DNA of 63,571 bases from a virus (Duplodnaviria; Caudoviricetes). Where the stretch lies: IMG/VR virus record IMGVR_UViG_3300025009_000102, positions 1 through 63,571 of that record, one strand, 5' to 3'. Shown in pieces: positions 29,425 to 37,988 of this stretch (its first letter is position 1; each line of letters opens with the position of its first letter). A program made the translations under genes and the position numbers. Under the pieces are notes generated by a model that worked only from the letters and a program-made list of their open reading frames with translations, searched no databases and was not told the origin of the DNA.

Positions 29425-30336
29425 TTATACCTTTAACTTATTGATGATACCTGGGGTCTTGGTTGTCAATGCGCTCTGTCCATTTCCGGCCTGGGCCTGG
29501 AGAACACCAGACTTGATAACTTCACGTATCCCGGATGCATTGCTCTCAGCCCCGGCACGTTGCGCATTCCTAACGCTAGTCAGTTCGTTTGCCCAATCTC
29601 TCCCGAGCTGATAATATCTCTGTAATCCCTGCATAAATTCGTTCGCAAAGCCTTTTAGGGCGATATTGCGCTGGTTTGCAATCTCAGCCGCCAGTGTTTT
29701 TCGCTGGATCTCTGCGACCCTTGCTGCTGCGGCTCTCGCCTGGGATATGGAGCGGTCACGGCTCGCGGCGATGGCCTGGCCCTGCGCCTGGGCGTCACGA
29801 AGGGCGTCATGTAACTCCTGGCCGACTATTGCCCCGCCCTTCGCCCGAACGTCCACATTGAATCCTTCCGGGGTTTGCGCGGTGTATATTCCTTTTTCTT
29901 TCGCCAATGCATCAGCTACCGACTGCGGAACATTGTAGGAGGCCTCAACATTGTTTCCGCTGGTCACCCTGACCGTGGTCATCTGCATACCTGGAGCTGA
30001 AACCTTACCTGGCTTGATAGAGGCAAGAGCCTGCGCTGATCTTGCATCGGCCTCGGCCAGGGAAGAAAAGAAACCTTGACGATATTTCTGGAGAGCTGAA
30101 CTAGCCGATTTATCGTTCGCCTTGTAGGCCTTCTGGGTTGCCTCAACCCTAGCGAAATCTTCCGGCAGAAGGGATAGCCCGTATTCCTTGTAGTAGGTCG
30201 GAACACGCTTCGAGGCATCGACTGACAGCCTGTCATAGTCACCCTGGGCGGTGTCCATCTTGAGCGGGTCAGCCAACACAGAGTCAGTCTCTACCGAGAC
30301 TAAACCAGCCGGGGTGTCTCCGTACTTGTCAGCCAT
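29425..30336 (-). CDS. Putative internal virion protein
   Basis: Ala/Gln-rich helical; operon position. Confidence 0.7.
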   Translation of the reverse strand: MADKYGDTPAGLVSVETDSVLADPLKMDTAQGDYDRLSVDASKRVPTYYKEYGLSLLPEDFARVEATQKAYKANDKSASSALQKYRQGFFSSLAEADARSAQALASIKPGKVSAPGMQMTTVRVTSGNNVEASYNVPQSVADALAKEKGIYTAQTPEGFNVDVRAKGGAIVGQELHDALRDAQAQGQAIAASRDRSISQARAAAARVAEIQRKTLAAEIANQRNIALKGFANEFMQGLQRYYQLGRDWANELTSVRNAQRAGAESNASGIREVIKSGVLQAQAGNGQSALTTKTPGIINKLKV

Positions 30337-31263
30337 TTACGCAACTCCAACAAGACCAGGATTTACTGTCGGGGTAGGTGGGGCCTGCTGCACGGGTGCG
30401 GGGGTTGGGGCCTGCGCCACCTGCTGCTGCGGTTGCTGCTGCTGTTGCTGCTGCGGTGCGTCTACCATCCAGGATGGCTTGGTGAGTAGCGCCCTTCTCC
30501 TATTAGCCTCCACGGGGGAGATCGTCGATGTGCTACCTGCGACATAACTTGCAGCCTCGGTTACCCCTACCATCTGGTCCTGCTTGGCTTTTTCCCTCTC
30601 TTCCCTATCCGCCCGGTCGCGATACACACTCTCTCCAAACTCTTTGGCAAATTTAGATTTTGAGAAATCAAGTTCGGCGTCAGCAACCTCTCTGTCCGAC
30701 CTCATCTTGTCCCTGGCGACCTGGGCCTGCAGCTCTGCTGCGGCAAGTTGCGCCTCGACCGATTGACCGGCAAGCTTCTCTCGACTCTCCAGCTCTGCGT
30801 AGAATTGTTCCCTCTGTTGTGCGAGGGTTTTGTCCATATTACTTGAATCGGCGTCACCCTTCATAAAGGCACTACCGAGGCTTGCTGCAGCTGTGACATA
30901 TTGCGCCGTACTGGATGCAGTGAATAGGCCTCCAGCGCCAGCGCCCTCTGCAGCGCCAAAAGAAGACCCCATGGTGGTTGTTCCACCACCAACAGTATTG
31001 CCGACAGTCATGGTTCCACCAGCTCCAGCGCTACCGCCGAACATCGCACCGCCAATGCCAACAACAGCTACCGCTCCGACCGCCCCGTAGAGCGCCCCCT
31101 TGAGGATATTCCCCCCGGTAAAAGCGCTATACAATGCGCCGACTGCAGCGCCGACAACTGCAGTGGCAACCACACCAGTAATTACTGCTGCCACTGAGGT
31201 AGCCACCAGGGTTGTCCCTACGGCTCCAGCCACTGCCACACCTATTGCTCCAAACCAAGGCAT
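30337..31263 (-). CDS. Putative ejection protein with Gly/Ala-rich membrane-inserting N-terminus
   Basis: Hydrophobic glycine-zipper N-terminus followed by coiled coil. Confidence 0.7.
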   Translation of the reverse strand: MPWFGAIGVAVAGAVGTTLVATSVAAVITGVVATAVVGAAVGALYSAFTGGNILKGALYGAVGAVAVVGIGGAMFGGSAGAGGTMTVGNTVGGGTTTMGSSFGAAEGAGAGGLFTASSTAQYVTAAASLGSAFMKGDADSSNMDKTLAQQREQFYAELESREKLAGQSVEAQLAAAELQAQVARDKMRSDREVADAELDFSKSKFAKEFGESVYRDRADREEREKAKQDQMVGVTEAASYVAGSTSTISPVEANRRRALLTKPSWMVDAPQQQQQQQPQQQVAQAPTPAPVQQAPPTPTVNPGLVGVA

Positions 31264-31272
31264 ATATCCCCC

Positions 31273-31788
31273 TTAAACTTCACCGTATATGTCACGGTAT
31301 TTATTGTTATAATCGTCAACCGTGCATTGGAATATGATCTCGTCAACCATCTCGCCGTTGAAACACATTGTCTTGTCAGTCCGACCGATCTTTTTCATGC
31401 CGACATATGTAGCGAGCATTGCCGCTTCCCGGTTATTTGCACGGATAAAACCGATAAGCGAGCGGCACGGTGAATTCTCAAACACGTACTTTGCCGACTG
31501 GACCAGGTGCTTGATCGCATCCTTACCACGATGGTCAGGGTTGACACAAAAATGTACATCAAAACATGTCGTGGAATGACCCGGAACGAACACAAAAGCC
31601 TCGTACCTTGGGTCGATTCCCATGATGAATACCTGCTCACATCTCAGCTGGTTTTCGATAAAATACCCAAGCTTACGGATATCTGAGAAGTCGTCTCCGC
31701 ACGCCTTGAATATCTCCGGGTTACGAAAAAGCCTGGTGAGAGGGCCAGCATCCAAGAGCGAATAACGCCTAACGTGTCTATGTATCAT
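31273..31788 (-). CDS. GNAT-family acetyltransferase-like virion morphogenesis protein
   Basis: DVHFCVNP.HRGK...N.EA..LA..VGMKK.G; usual podovirus position. Confidence 0.75.
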   Translation of the reverse strand: MIHRHVRRYSLLDAGPLTRLFRNPEIFKACGDDFSDIRKLGYFIENQLRCEQVFIMGIDPRYEAFVFVPGHSTTCFDVHFCVNPDHRGKDAIKHLVQSAKYVFENSPCRSLIGFIRANNREAAMLATYVGMKKIGRTDKTMCFNGEMVDEIIFQCTVDDYNNKYRDIYGEV

Positions 31789-34700
31789 GTCCAGCTCAGT
31801 GTGATGCCAGCGACTGCGGCGACGGTGTTGAGTTGTGATTTATACCTGGTCATCAGGGCGGAGATCGCATCGGCCTTATTTAAGACATTGGTATCACGGA
31901 GAAGCCTCTCGATACTGCCGGTAAGCTCCTGCCCCATAACTCCTGCGGACTGCATAAGGGCCTGGGTTTCAGCGCTGTCAAGATTTGCGCCCTGCAAGTA
32001 GTCCTTCCACTCGTTTTCGAGTTGGATCTGCTGCATCTTGGCGCTGTCGGAGATCTTCTGTAGCGCCTGCTGACCCTGTTGTGACTGGTATTCGAGAGAT
32101 CCGGTAATGAGAGCGTTGTTCTCGAATTTCCTTCTTTCGATTTCGGCCAGTTGGTTATTGGTTGATTGATCCAAGGAGGTCTTCTGCTTCTGCTGCGCCA
32201 GGTTGCCGTAAAGCTGGGCATCGGGGGTGGCAATATTCCTGGCCTCTTGAATGGTTGCCGCTGTTCCCGCCTGCAATGCTCCTGAAGAATTGAGCATGCC
32301 CTTTGCCTGGTGTCCCATCTCGGCTGTGGCCCTGGCTGCTTGAAGGAGCGGGTTATCCTCTTTTATGAGATTGGTAACCCTGCCTTCTATAGTAGCAAGT
32401 CCAGGTTTGATAAACGTTTCGTCAGCTGCGACGTTGGTTCCCTGCGCCTGGGTCAACTGCCCCTTTGGAAGGGTGTAGCCTGGAACTTGATTAAAATAAT
32501 TTGTGTCTGCCATGCTGACTCCCCTTATATGGAAATTCTTTACTCTTCGATTATAAATTATATTCCCTGATTCATAGAAAGTCAACGAATCACCAGGCGT
32601 TTGCTCTTCCTCTGCAGGGGTTATTGACGATGGTTCCAATTGCTGCTCATCCTCCACTGGAGGCGTTGGTGACAGTTCCAGCTGTGTCTCCTCCTGTACT
32701 GGTACGGACGGATGGGTTCTTGCGTACAAATCAGCCTCGCGGTCAAGGAGTGCCTGCTTGGTGGCGTCCGCCTTTTCCTCCCACCATAGTTTCGATCCAG
32801 GTGCCCCGGATGCATCGAATGACTCTTGTGTCTCACCTGGTAGGGCGTCCCTCTGCTGGTATCCAGTGGCGTCCTGGTATATGATCTTCACTACTCCTGA
32901 TGAAACGGGTTCGGCTGGAGGCTCTGTCGGTGGTGGGTTAATTACTGAGGGAATAGGAACCTCATATCCAGTTTCTTCCTGTGGCAAATCTGGTGCGGCT
33001 TCGTCAGGAATAACCGGCGGGCCAGTAGGATCTTCTACCGCTGGAATAATCTCGTCTGGCGTGATCTCTACAGGCTCTATCGGTGGTACATCTGGTGCGG
33101 CTTCGTCTGGAGAAACTGGTGGACCAGTCGGTTCTTCTACTGGAGGCTCCTCAGCTGGGGTAACCACTTCCGGGACATCCTCAATCGGTGTTGCTGGCGT
33201 CACATCCCCAGGAACGTTAGGCTCTGGTGTTGGTGTGATATCAGGCGTAACCGGGTCTGGGGCGTCGGTTGGCCCTTGCGGAGTGACTGGGTCTGGTATA
33301 TCGCCGGTATTCGTTGTTGGTGTCGGATCAGTGGTGTCTACAGGCGTTGGCGCTTCAGTCGGCGGCGGAGTCTCTACCGGTGGGGGTGTTTCTTCTGGTG
33401 TTGGGGCCTCGACTGGTGGTGGGGGTTCTTCTGGCGGAGGAGGTTCTTCGACGGGTGGTGGCTCCTCTGGTATTTGAGCCGGGGGATCTTCCTGGACCGG
33501 TGTATTTGCTGGTGGTATTTCTACTGGTACGACAAACTCGGCCAATTCCCCTTCATAGAAACCTCTCTTTCCATCCCATGGCGCGAACCAATCGAAGCCG
33601 CCGGTCATAAAGAGAGATGCCTTGGCCTCGGTGATTGCGTCTAAACGTCTGCGATATTCAGCCTGCCTCCATGTCTCATCATGAGCCTGCCTCATCACAT
33701 TGTAATTCCACCGACTAAGAGCTGATGCTGCCGCCGCTAGATACTTCTTGGTATTGTACTCTCGCTGAAATTTTTCTGACGAAGTCTCGTAATCTATTTT
33801 TACTGAACCTGGCGCAGTTGGAAGAACGCGATATCTTAGGATGGCGTTGTCGCGCCTCAGTGTAAGTTCTCTTTTTTGCTTGTATAATCTATCGGATATG
33901 GAGGTGAGGAATTTATATTCAGCGCTTTGCCACACCTTCTTTGAGGCCTCATATCTGGCGTTTGCCATTTCCGTTGTACTGCCAACGAATTGAGCTGTAG
34001 CCGCATCAACCATCCGCTTCTTCTCGGCTGATAACATAGCGATAGGGTCGTTAATCGACTGCATGCTTGCTGCAGTTTCGTCAATAAACCTCGGCGTAGG
34101 GTCGTCATTGGGGATTACCGATGATGACACGGTCATCGCAGCAATAGTGGCCTTTATCGCACTAATATTCTCCCCCGCCCTAACAAAGGCCAGCCTGGCG
34201 GCATCACGTTCCGCCTTCAGCCTGGCCGATTCCTGGTAGTAGTATTGCGTTGCTGCTGCCCACTCAGGGCTTATAGTGGTGAAGCTGCGAAGGTACGTAG
34301 ACTGCTGGAGATTGAAAGCGTACAGGGCGTCCATGGCCGATCTCGCCTTAGCTCCTGCATCGCTCAGTGCCTGTTGTGCTGCTGGTAATTGCGTCATATA
34401 CGCATCGGCCCTGGCCTTCTCAAGCTCTGCGGTTTGGGTCGCATTCATTGCCACAGTCGAACTACCTGGATCGAAGGTATGGGCATATACCTGCTCCATA
34501 GCCAACGTTTTCTCAGCGTTTAATCCCCTTAATTCCTGAGTAAGGTTTGAATTTATTACATGATATGGCTGGATAAGCTCTTCTCTTCGCCTATCAATAG
34601 GAGCTGTTAGGTGGGCGTATTCAACACTGGTGATGGAACGGCTGAGGTACTGCTGAAAATATACTGCCTTTTGGGCGGTGATTGCCCTGTATTCATCGGA

Positions 34701-34838
34701 CCCATATGAGAGCGCATAGGCTGCGGCCTCCCTGGCCCTATTGGCGGCAATCTGCTCCTCTATCTGCGATAACCTGGTTTGGTATGGCGCAAGCGATGCG
34801 TACCAATCCTGGAACGTCCAAGCGCCGGTATAGGCCAT
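31785..34838 (-). CDS. 1017-aa protein: helical N-domain + Pro/Glu/Thr-rich linker + C-terminal virion domain with internal start at 32513
   Basis: Single open frame; internal promoter and SD before MADTNYF. Confidence 0.8.
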   Translation of the reverse strand: MAYTGAWTFQDWYASLAPYQTRLSQIEEQIAANRAREAAAYALSYGSDEYRAITAQKAVYFQQYLSRSITSVEYAHLTAPIDRRREELIQPYHVINSNLTQELRGLNAEKTLAMEQVYAHTFDPGSSTVAMNATQTAELEKARADAYMTQLPAAQQALSDAGAKARSAMDALYAFNLQQSTYLRSFTTISPEWAAATQYYYQESARLKAERDAARLAFVRAGENISAIKATIAAMTVSSSVIPNDDPTPRFIDETAASMQSINDPIAMLSAEKKRMVDAATAQFVGSTTEMANARYEASKKVWQSAEYKFLTSISDRLYKQKRELTLRRDNAILRYRVLPTAPGSVKIDYETSSEKFQREYNTKKYLAAAASALSRWNYNVMRQAHDETWRQAEYRRRLDAITEAKASLFMTGGFDWFAPWDGKRGFYEGELAEFVVPVEIPPANTPVQEDPPAQIPEEPPPVEEPPPPEEPPPPVEAPTPEETPPPVETPPPTEAPTPVDTTDPTPTTNTGDIPDPVTPQGPTDAPDPVTPDITPTPEPNVPGDVTPATPIEDVPEVVTPAEEPPVEEPTGPPVSPDEAAPDVPPIEPVEITPDEIIPAVEDPTGPPVIPDEAAPDLPQEETGYEVPIPSVINPPPTEPPAEPVSSGVVKIIYQDATGYQQRDALPGETQESFDASGAPGSKLWWEEKADATKQALLDREADLYARTHPSVPVQEETQLELSPTPPVEDEQQLEPSSITPAEEEQTPGDSLTFYESGNIIYNRRVKNFHIRGVSMADTNYFNQVPGYTLPKGQLTQAQGTNVAADETFIKPGLATIEGRVTNLIKEDNPLLQAARATAEMGHQAKGMLNSSGALQAGTAATIQEARNIATPDAQLYGNLAQQKQKTSLDQSTNNQLAEIERRKFENNALITGSLEYQSQQGQQALQKISDSAKMQQIQLENEWKDYLQGANLDSAETQALMQSAGVMGQELTGSIERLLRDTNVLNKADAISALMTRYKSQLNTVAAVAGITLSWT
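32557..32585 (-). promoter_or_regulatory. Near-consensus sigma70 promoter inside a CDS
   Basis: TTGACT-17 bp-TATAAT, followed by SD AAGGGGAG and ATG 32513. Confidence 0.75.
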
Positions 34839-34840
34839 TA

Positions 34841-35317
34841 TTAGACCCCGATATCTTTCTTGATGTATTTATCCTCTATCTTCTGTTCTTCCTTGGATAT
34901 CAGATCCTCTACGCCCAGATCCCTATCGATAATCCTTGCAAGGATATTCGCGATCAGTGCCGGGGTTGCAGTGACCTTCCCAGCCCCACCGTTGTATCTC
35001 AGTTCGTAGAATGGCATCATCCCGATAGCGGACAGGGACAGGAGGGAAGAATACAATACTCGATCAAATAGGCCAGCTCTGTACGAGTTACTGTCCACAA
35101 CGATATCGGCCAGAGATGAACCAGTAAGGTCATTGCGCACAGCTGCCTTCTCCGTTTTAATGATAGCATCAATATCCTTCTCGAACGGCTTTGTCACTCC
35201 GCCGTTCTTGACCCATGCAACATAATCGCTCCACTTCCCGAGAGCAGGGTGGATACCGGTTTCTCCTGTTTCGAGGTTCTTTACAACCCTTCCACTTTCG
35301 TCTTCAAATTGATACAT
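34841..35317 (-). CDS. Putative tail fibre assembly/chaperone protein
   Basis: Follows the fibres; W.DY..WV..GG..P motif. Confidence 0.6.
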   Translation of the reverse strand: MYQFEDESGRVVKNLETGETGIHPALGKWSDYVAWVKNGGVTKPFEKDIDAIIKTEKAAVRNDLTGSSLADIVVDSNSYRAGLFDRVLYSSLLSLSAIGMMPFYELRYNGGAGKVTATPALIANILARIIDRDLGVEDLISKEEQKIEDKYIKKDIGV

Positions 35318-36670
35318 TTATAGCTCCTTCTGACAATATACCCGGTGCCTGAAGTATCCGGTTCCGGTTGAGTTGCATGTTCTCTTTACAGTGACACCAT
35401 ACATTCTCATTGTAGTGAACGAAACAACGGCGGTGGTGGGAAATTTGAGTTGTGAAAGTGATGTACCTGACAGCCACTCATTATCCCCGTAATTAGTATT
35501 TGTACCCCTCATCCTAACAGGGAAGCGCAAGTAGCCCCTATACTCCATGGTGTTTGTGACATCCCCGTAGAACCTCACACGGCCATCGAAGTAATACCTT
35601 TGGCACAGCCGAAGTTCCTCAGATATTGACCTAACGGCAAAGTCTGTTGCCACCACACCATACTCAAGCTGGACCCTGGCAAGGTCGAGGTGCATACCCT
35701 GTAATCCAAGGGCGTTCGTCCTGTCGTCGAGTCCGGAATGTGCGCCCATCCAGAATATTACCTCAAGGTAAGTATCGTCATAGTCGCCGAGGGTTTTCCC
35801 GTCTATGCTCGGAAGAGCTACCTTTAGCTCGAACTTCTGCCAGCTCGTGGTAAGGTTGAAGGTGGTCACCCCAATCCCGGTAACATCGGGAGAAGGAACA
35901 GTTGAAAACCCAGTGTAGCTTCCGAAGTGTTGTACAAATTCAACGGCTATATCATGTGCGGCGTCTGATTTTGCGTAAAAAGTCAGTACCACCTGCTGGC
36001 CATTGAACCGCCTGACATCTTCTATCCTCTGGCTCCTGTAAGCGTAAGAGTCGGCGAACCACCCGCTCCCTATATCCATCTCGTTATGACAGTAATACCT
36101 TGGGTTTCCTGGAACATCTGTCTGACCAAGGGTGAATTCTTCTTGCCAGTTACCCCAGTCATCAACCCACATATCAAGAAACCAGCGATCACCACATAGA
36201 TAATCTGGTGAGTTTGTTGCTGAAGTTCCTCTCTGCCAGATATCAAAGTTGCCGTTAATGATCAGGTTTCTTCGGCCACCCTTGGCTACCGTCTCCATGA
36301 GCTGCACTATTCCACTCTGGTCAGGGAAGGTGTATGTTCTGGCCGAAGCGTTACTGTTGGAGAAGAACGATGTGATCGTTCCAAGGGCGTTCTTGAAATT
36401 GATCTTCTGCAGGGTTTTACCGACAAATCCGTCTATGGCATCCTTTGCCGCCGATAAAATCGTTCCGATGGTTGAGACGTATGTGGCGGGGGTGACCGAG
36501 ATAAGTCCATCTGCGTCGCTGTTGACCATCACCCCACGGTTGTTATTGCCAGCTACGCCCGGTAATTTATCACAACCGTTCTCTATCGCGTCGAACTCAG
36601 AGCGCATGGGCGAACTTACTGCCCTGGCGTTGTCAGCCGGTACTCCAGTGGCTTGATAAAATTCATTCAT
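35318..36670 (-). CDS. Tail fibre protein (paralog 2)
   Basis: RNLIINGNFDIWQRGTS...VQLEYG..AT.F...ELRLCQRYY. Confidence 0.85.
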   Translation of the reverse strand: MNEFYQATGVPADNARAVSSPMRSEFDAIENGCDKLPGVAGNNNRGVMVNSDADGLISVTPATYVSTIGTILSAAKDAIDGFVGKTLQKINFKNALGTITSFFSNSNASARTYTFPDQSGIVQLMETVAKGGRRNLIINGNFDIWQRGTSATNSPDYLCGDRWFLDMWVDDWGNWQEEFTLGQTDVPGNPRYYCHNEMDIGSGWFADSYAYRSQRIEDVRRFNGQQVVLTFYAKSDAAHDIAVEFVQHFGSYTGFSTVPSPDVTGIGVTTFNLTTSWQKFELKVALPSIDGKTLGDYDDTYLEVIFWMGAHSGLDDRTNALGLQGMHLDLARVQLEYGVVATDFAVRSISEELRLCQRYYFDGRVRFYGDVTNTMEYRGYLRFPVRMRGTNTNYGDNEWLSGTSLSQLKFPTTAVVSFTTMRMYGVTVKRTCNSTGTGYFRHRVYCQKEL

Positions 36671-36672
36671 AA

Positions 36673-37986
36673 TTAAAGCTCTGCGTCAAGTTCAACCATA
36701 GAGGAGAAGTGCCCCATACCAGTACCATCAGCCGTCCTGCTCTCCTCCAGGTAATGAATCGTGGTGGTTGCCGTACCAGATGCAGCCGGGAAGTTATTGT
36801 CGATGGTGTTGGTTAATGTTGCGGACGGCGCGGCACGCATCGTCGTTGCAAAGTCTATGTGACCGACATACGCTTGCCCCGATGTAACATCGCCTGAATA
36901 GCTCATGGTATAGAGCTGGTTCGTGTAATACCTTGCGCAACGTTCGTCCTCTTCGGCGTCTGTTCTCACCTGGAATACCGATGTCACCGAACCGCTCTCC
37001 AGCTGAATGTGCGACAACTCGAACGTCCCGGACTGCTGGCCGAGAGTGTCGGTTCTGGCGTCAAAGCCAGTACCGGCGTCGAACCAGAAAACGAGGGCCA
37101 GGTAGTCGTTGTCGTCGGTGCCAAGGGTCTTCCCGGCAATACTGGGGATTGCAAGGGTTACCTCGTATTTCGCCCATGAGGCCGTGACCGCTATTTTCTG
37201 TGCCTCTATCCCGGTTATTTCCGCCGAAGGGGTTCCTGTGGTTCCAAAATTCTGCACCAGCTCTATCGCGATATTCTTGGGGGCGTCTGCCTTGCAGTAG
37301 AAAGATAGCCGTGCGTTGCCTCCAGAGAGCGTCAACACCGACTCGATCCGCTGTTCCTTGTTACAGAAGTTTGCAGCACCAGCCGAGGTTGTGATAACGG
37401 TCCTACTGTAATATCTGGGGTTATCAGGAACGTCAGTCTGCCCAAGGGTAAAGCTTTGCTTACTATGGACGAAGGTGGAGCCTGTCGCGTTCAACTTCCA
37501 CCTGTCGTCGGACCCGTATCCGGATGTTGAATGGGTGTCCGCCCTCTCCCACATCTGGAAGTCACCATTGATGATGCAGTTGTACCCACCCGGTGGCGGC
37601 ATATCGCCAGTCAAAGCCACTGTTCCGTCTGCGTCAGGGAAGGTATATGTCCTCGACACGGTGTTCGAGTTTGTAAAAAACGAGGTGAGAGTACCGAGTG
37701 CGTTCTTAAAATTGATCTTAAACAGCGTAAGGCCAGTATAGCCTCCAGATGCATCCTTATTTGCTGATGCCTCTGCGCCTATCCTGGACCTCGCCGTCGC
37801 TGCAGATACCGGCTCCTGCGCCGTTCCACCAGCGTTGACAAACACCGCCTCGTTACCGTGCCCTGATAGAGCAGGGAGCTTATCGAAACCAGCCTCAACA
37901 GCATCGAATTCGGCCCTGATAATACTTGGGTTGCCGAATGACCCTTGAGCTGGGGAGCCGGTTGAATCGTAGTACTCGTTAGCCAT
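36673..37986 (-). CDS. Tail fibre protein (paralog 1)
   Basis: NCIINGDFQMWER...IQLESGSV...CARYY; shares its N-terminus with paralog 2. Confidence 0.85.
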   Translation of the reverse strand: MANEYYDSTGSPAQGSFGNPSIIRAEFDAVEAGFDKLPALSGHGNEAVFVNAGGTAQEPVSAATARSRIGAEASANKDASGGYTGLTLFKINFKNALGTLTSFFTNSNTVSRTYTFPDADGTVALTGDMPPPGGYNCIINGDFQMWERADTHSTSGYGSDDRWKLNATGSTFVHSKQSFTLGQTDVPDNPRYYSRTVITTSAGAANFCNKEQRIESVLTLSGGNARLSFYCKADAPKNIAIELVQNFGTTGTPSAEITGIEAQKIAVTASWAKYEVTLAIPSIAGKTLGTDDNDYLALVFWFDAGTGFDARTDTLGQQSGTFELSHIQLESGSVTSVFQVRTDAEEDERCARYYTNQLYTMSYSGDVTSGQAYVGHIDFATTMRAAPSATLTNTIDNNFPAASGTATTTIHYLEESRTADGTGMGHFSSMVELDAEL

Positions 37987-37988
37987 AA

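Noticed and set aside
32758-33477. Long Gly/Ser-rich + strand ORF
   Set aside because: Antisense shadow of the Pro-rich linker; no SD or promoter.
35318-37986. Diversity-generating retroelement acting on the tail fibres
   Set aside because: No reverse transcriptase and no template/variable repeat pair differing only at adenines.
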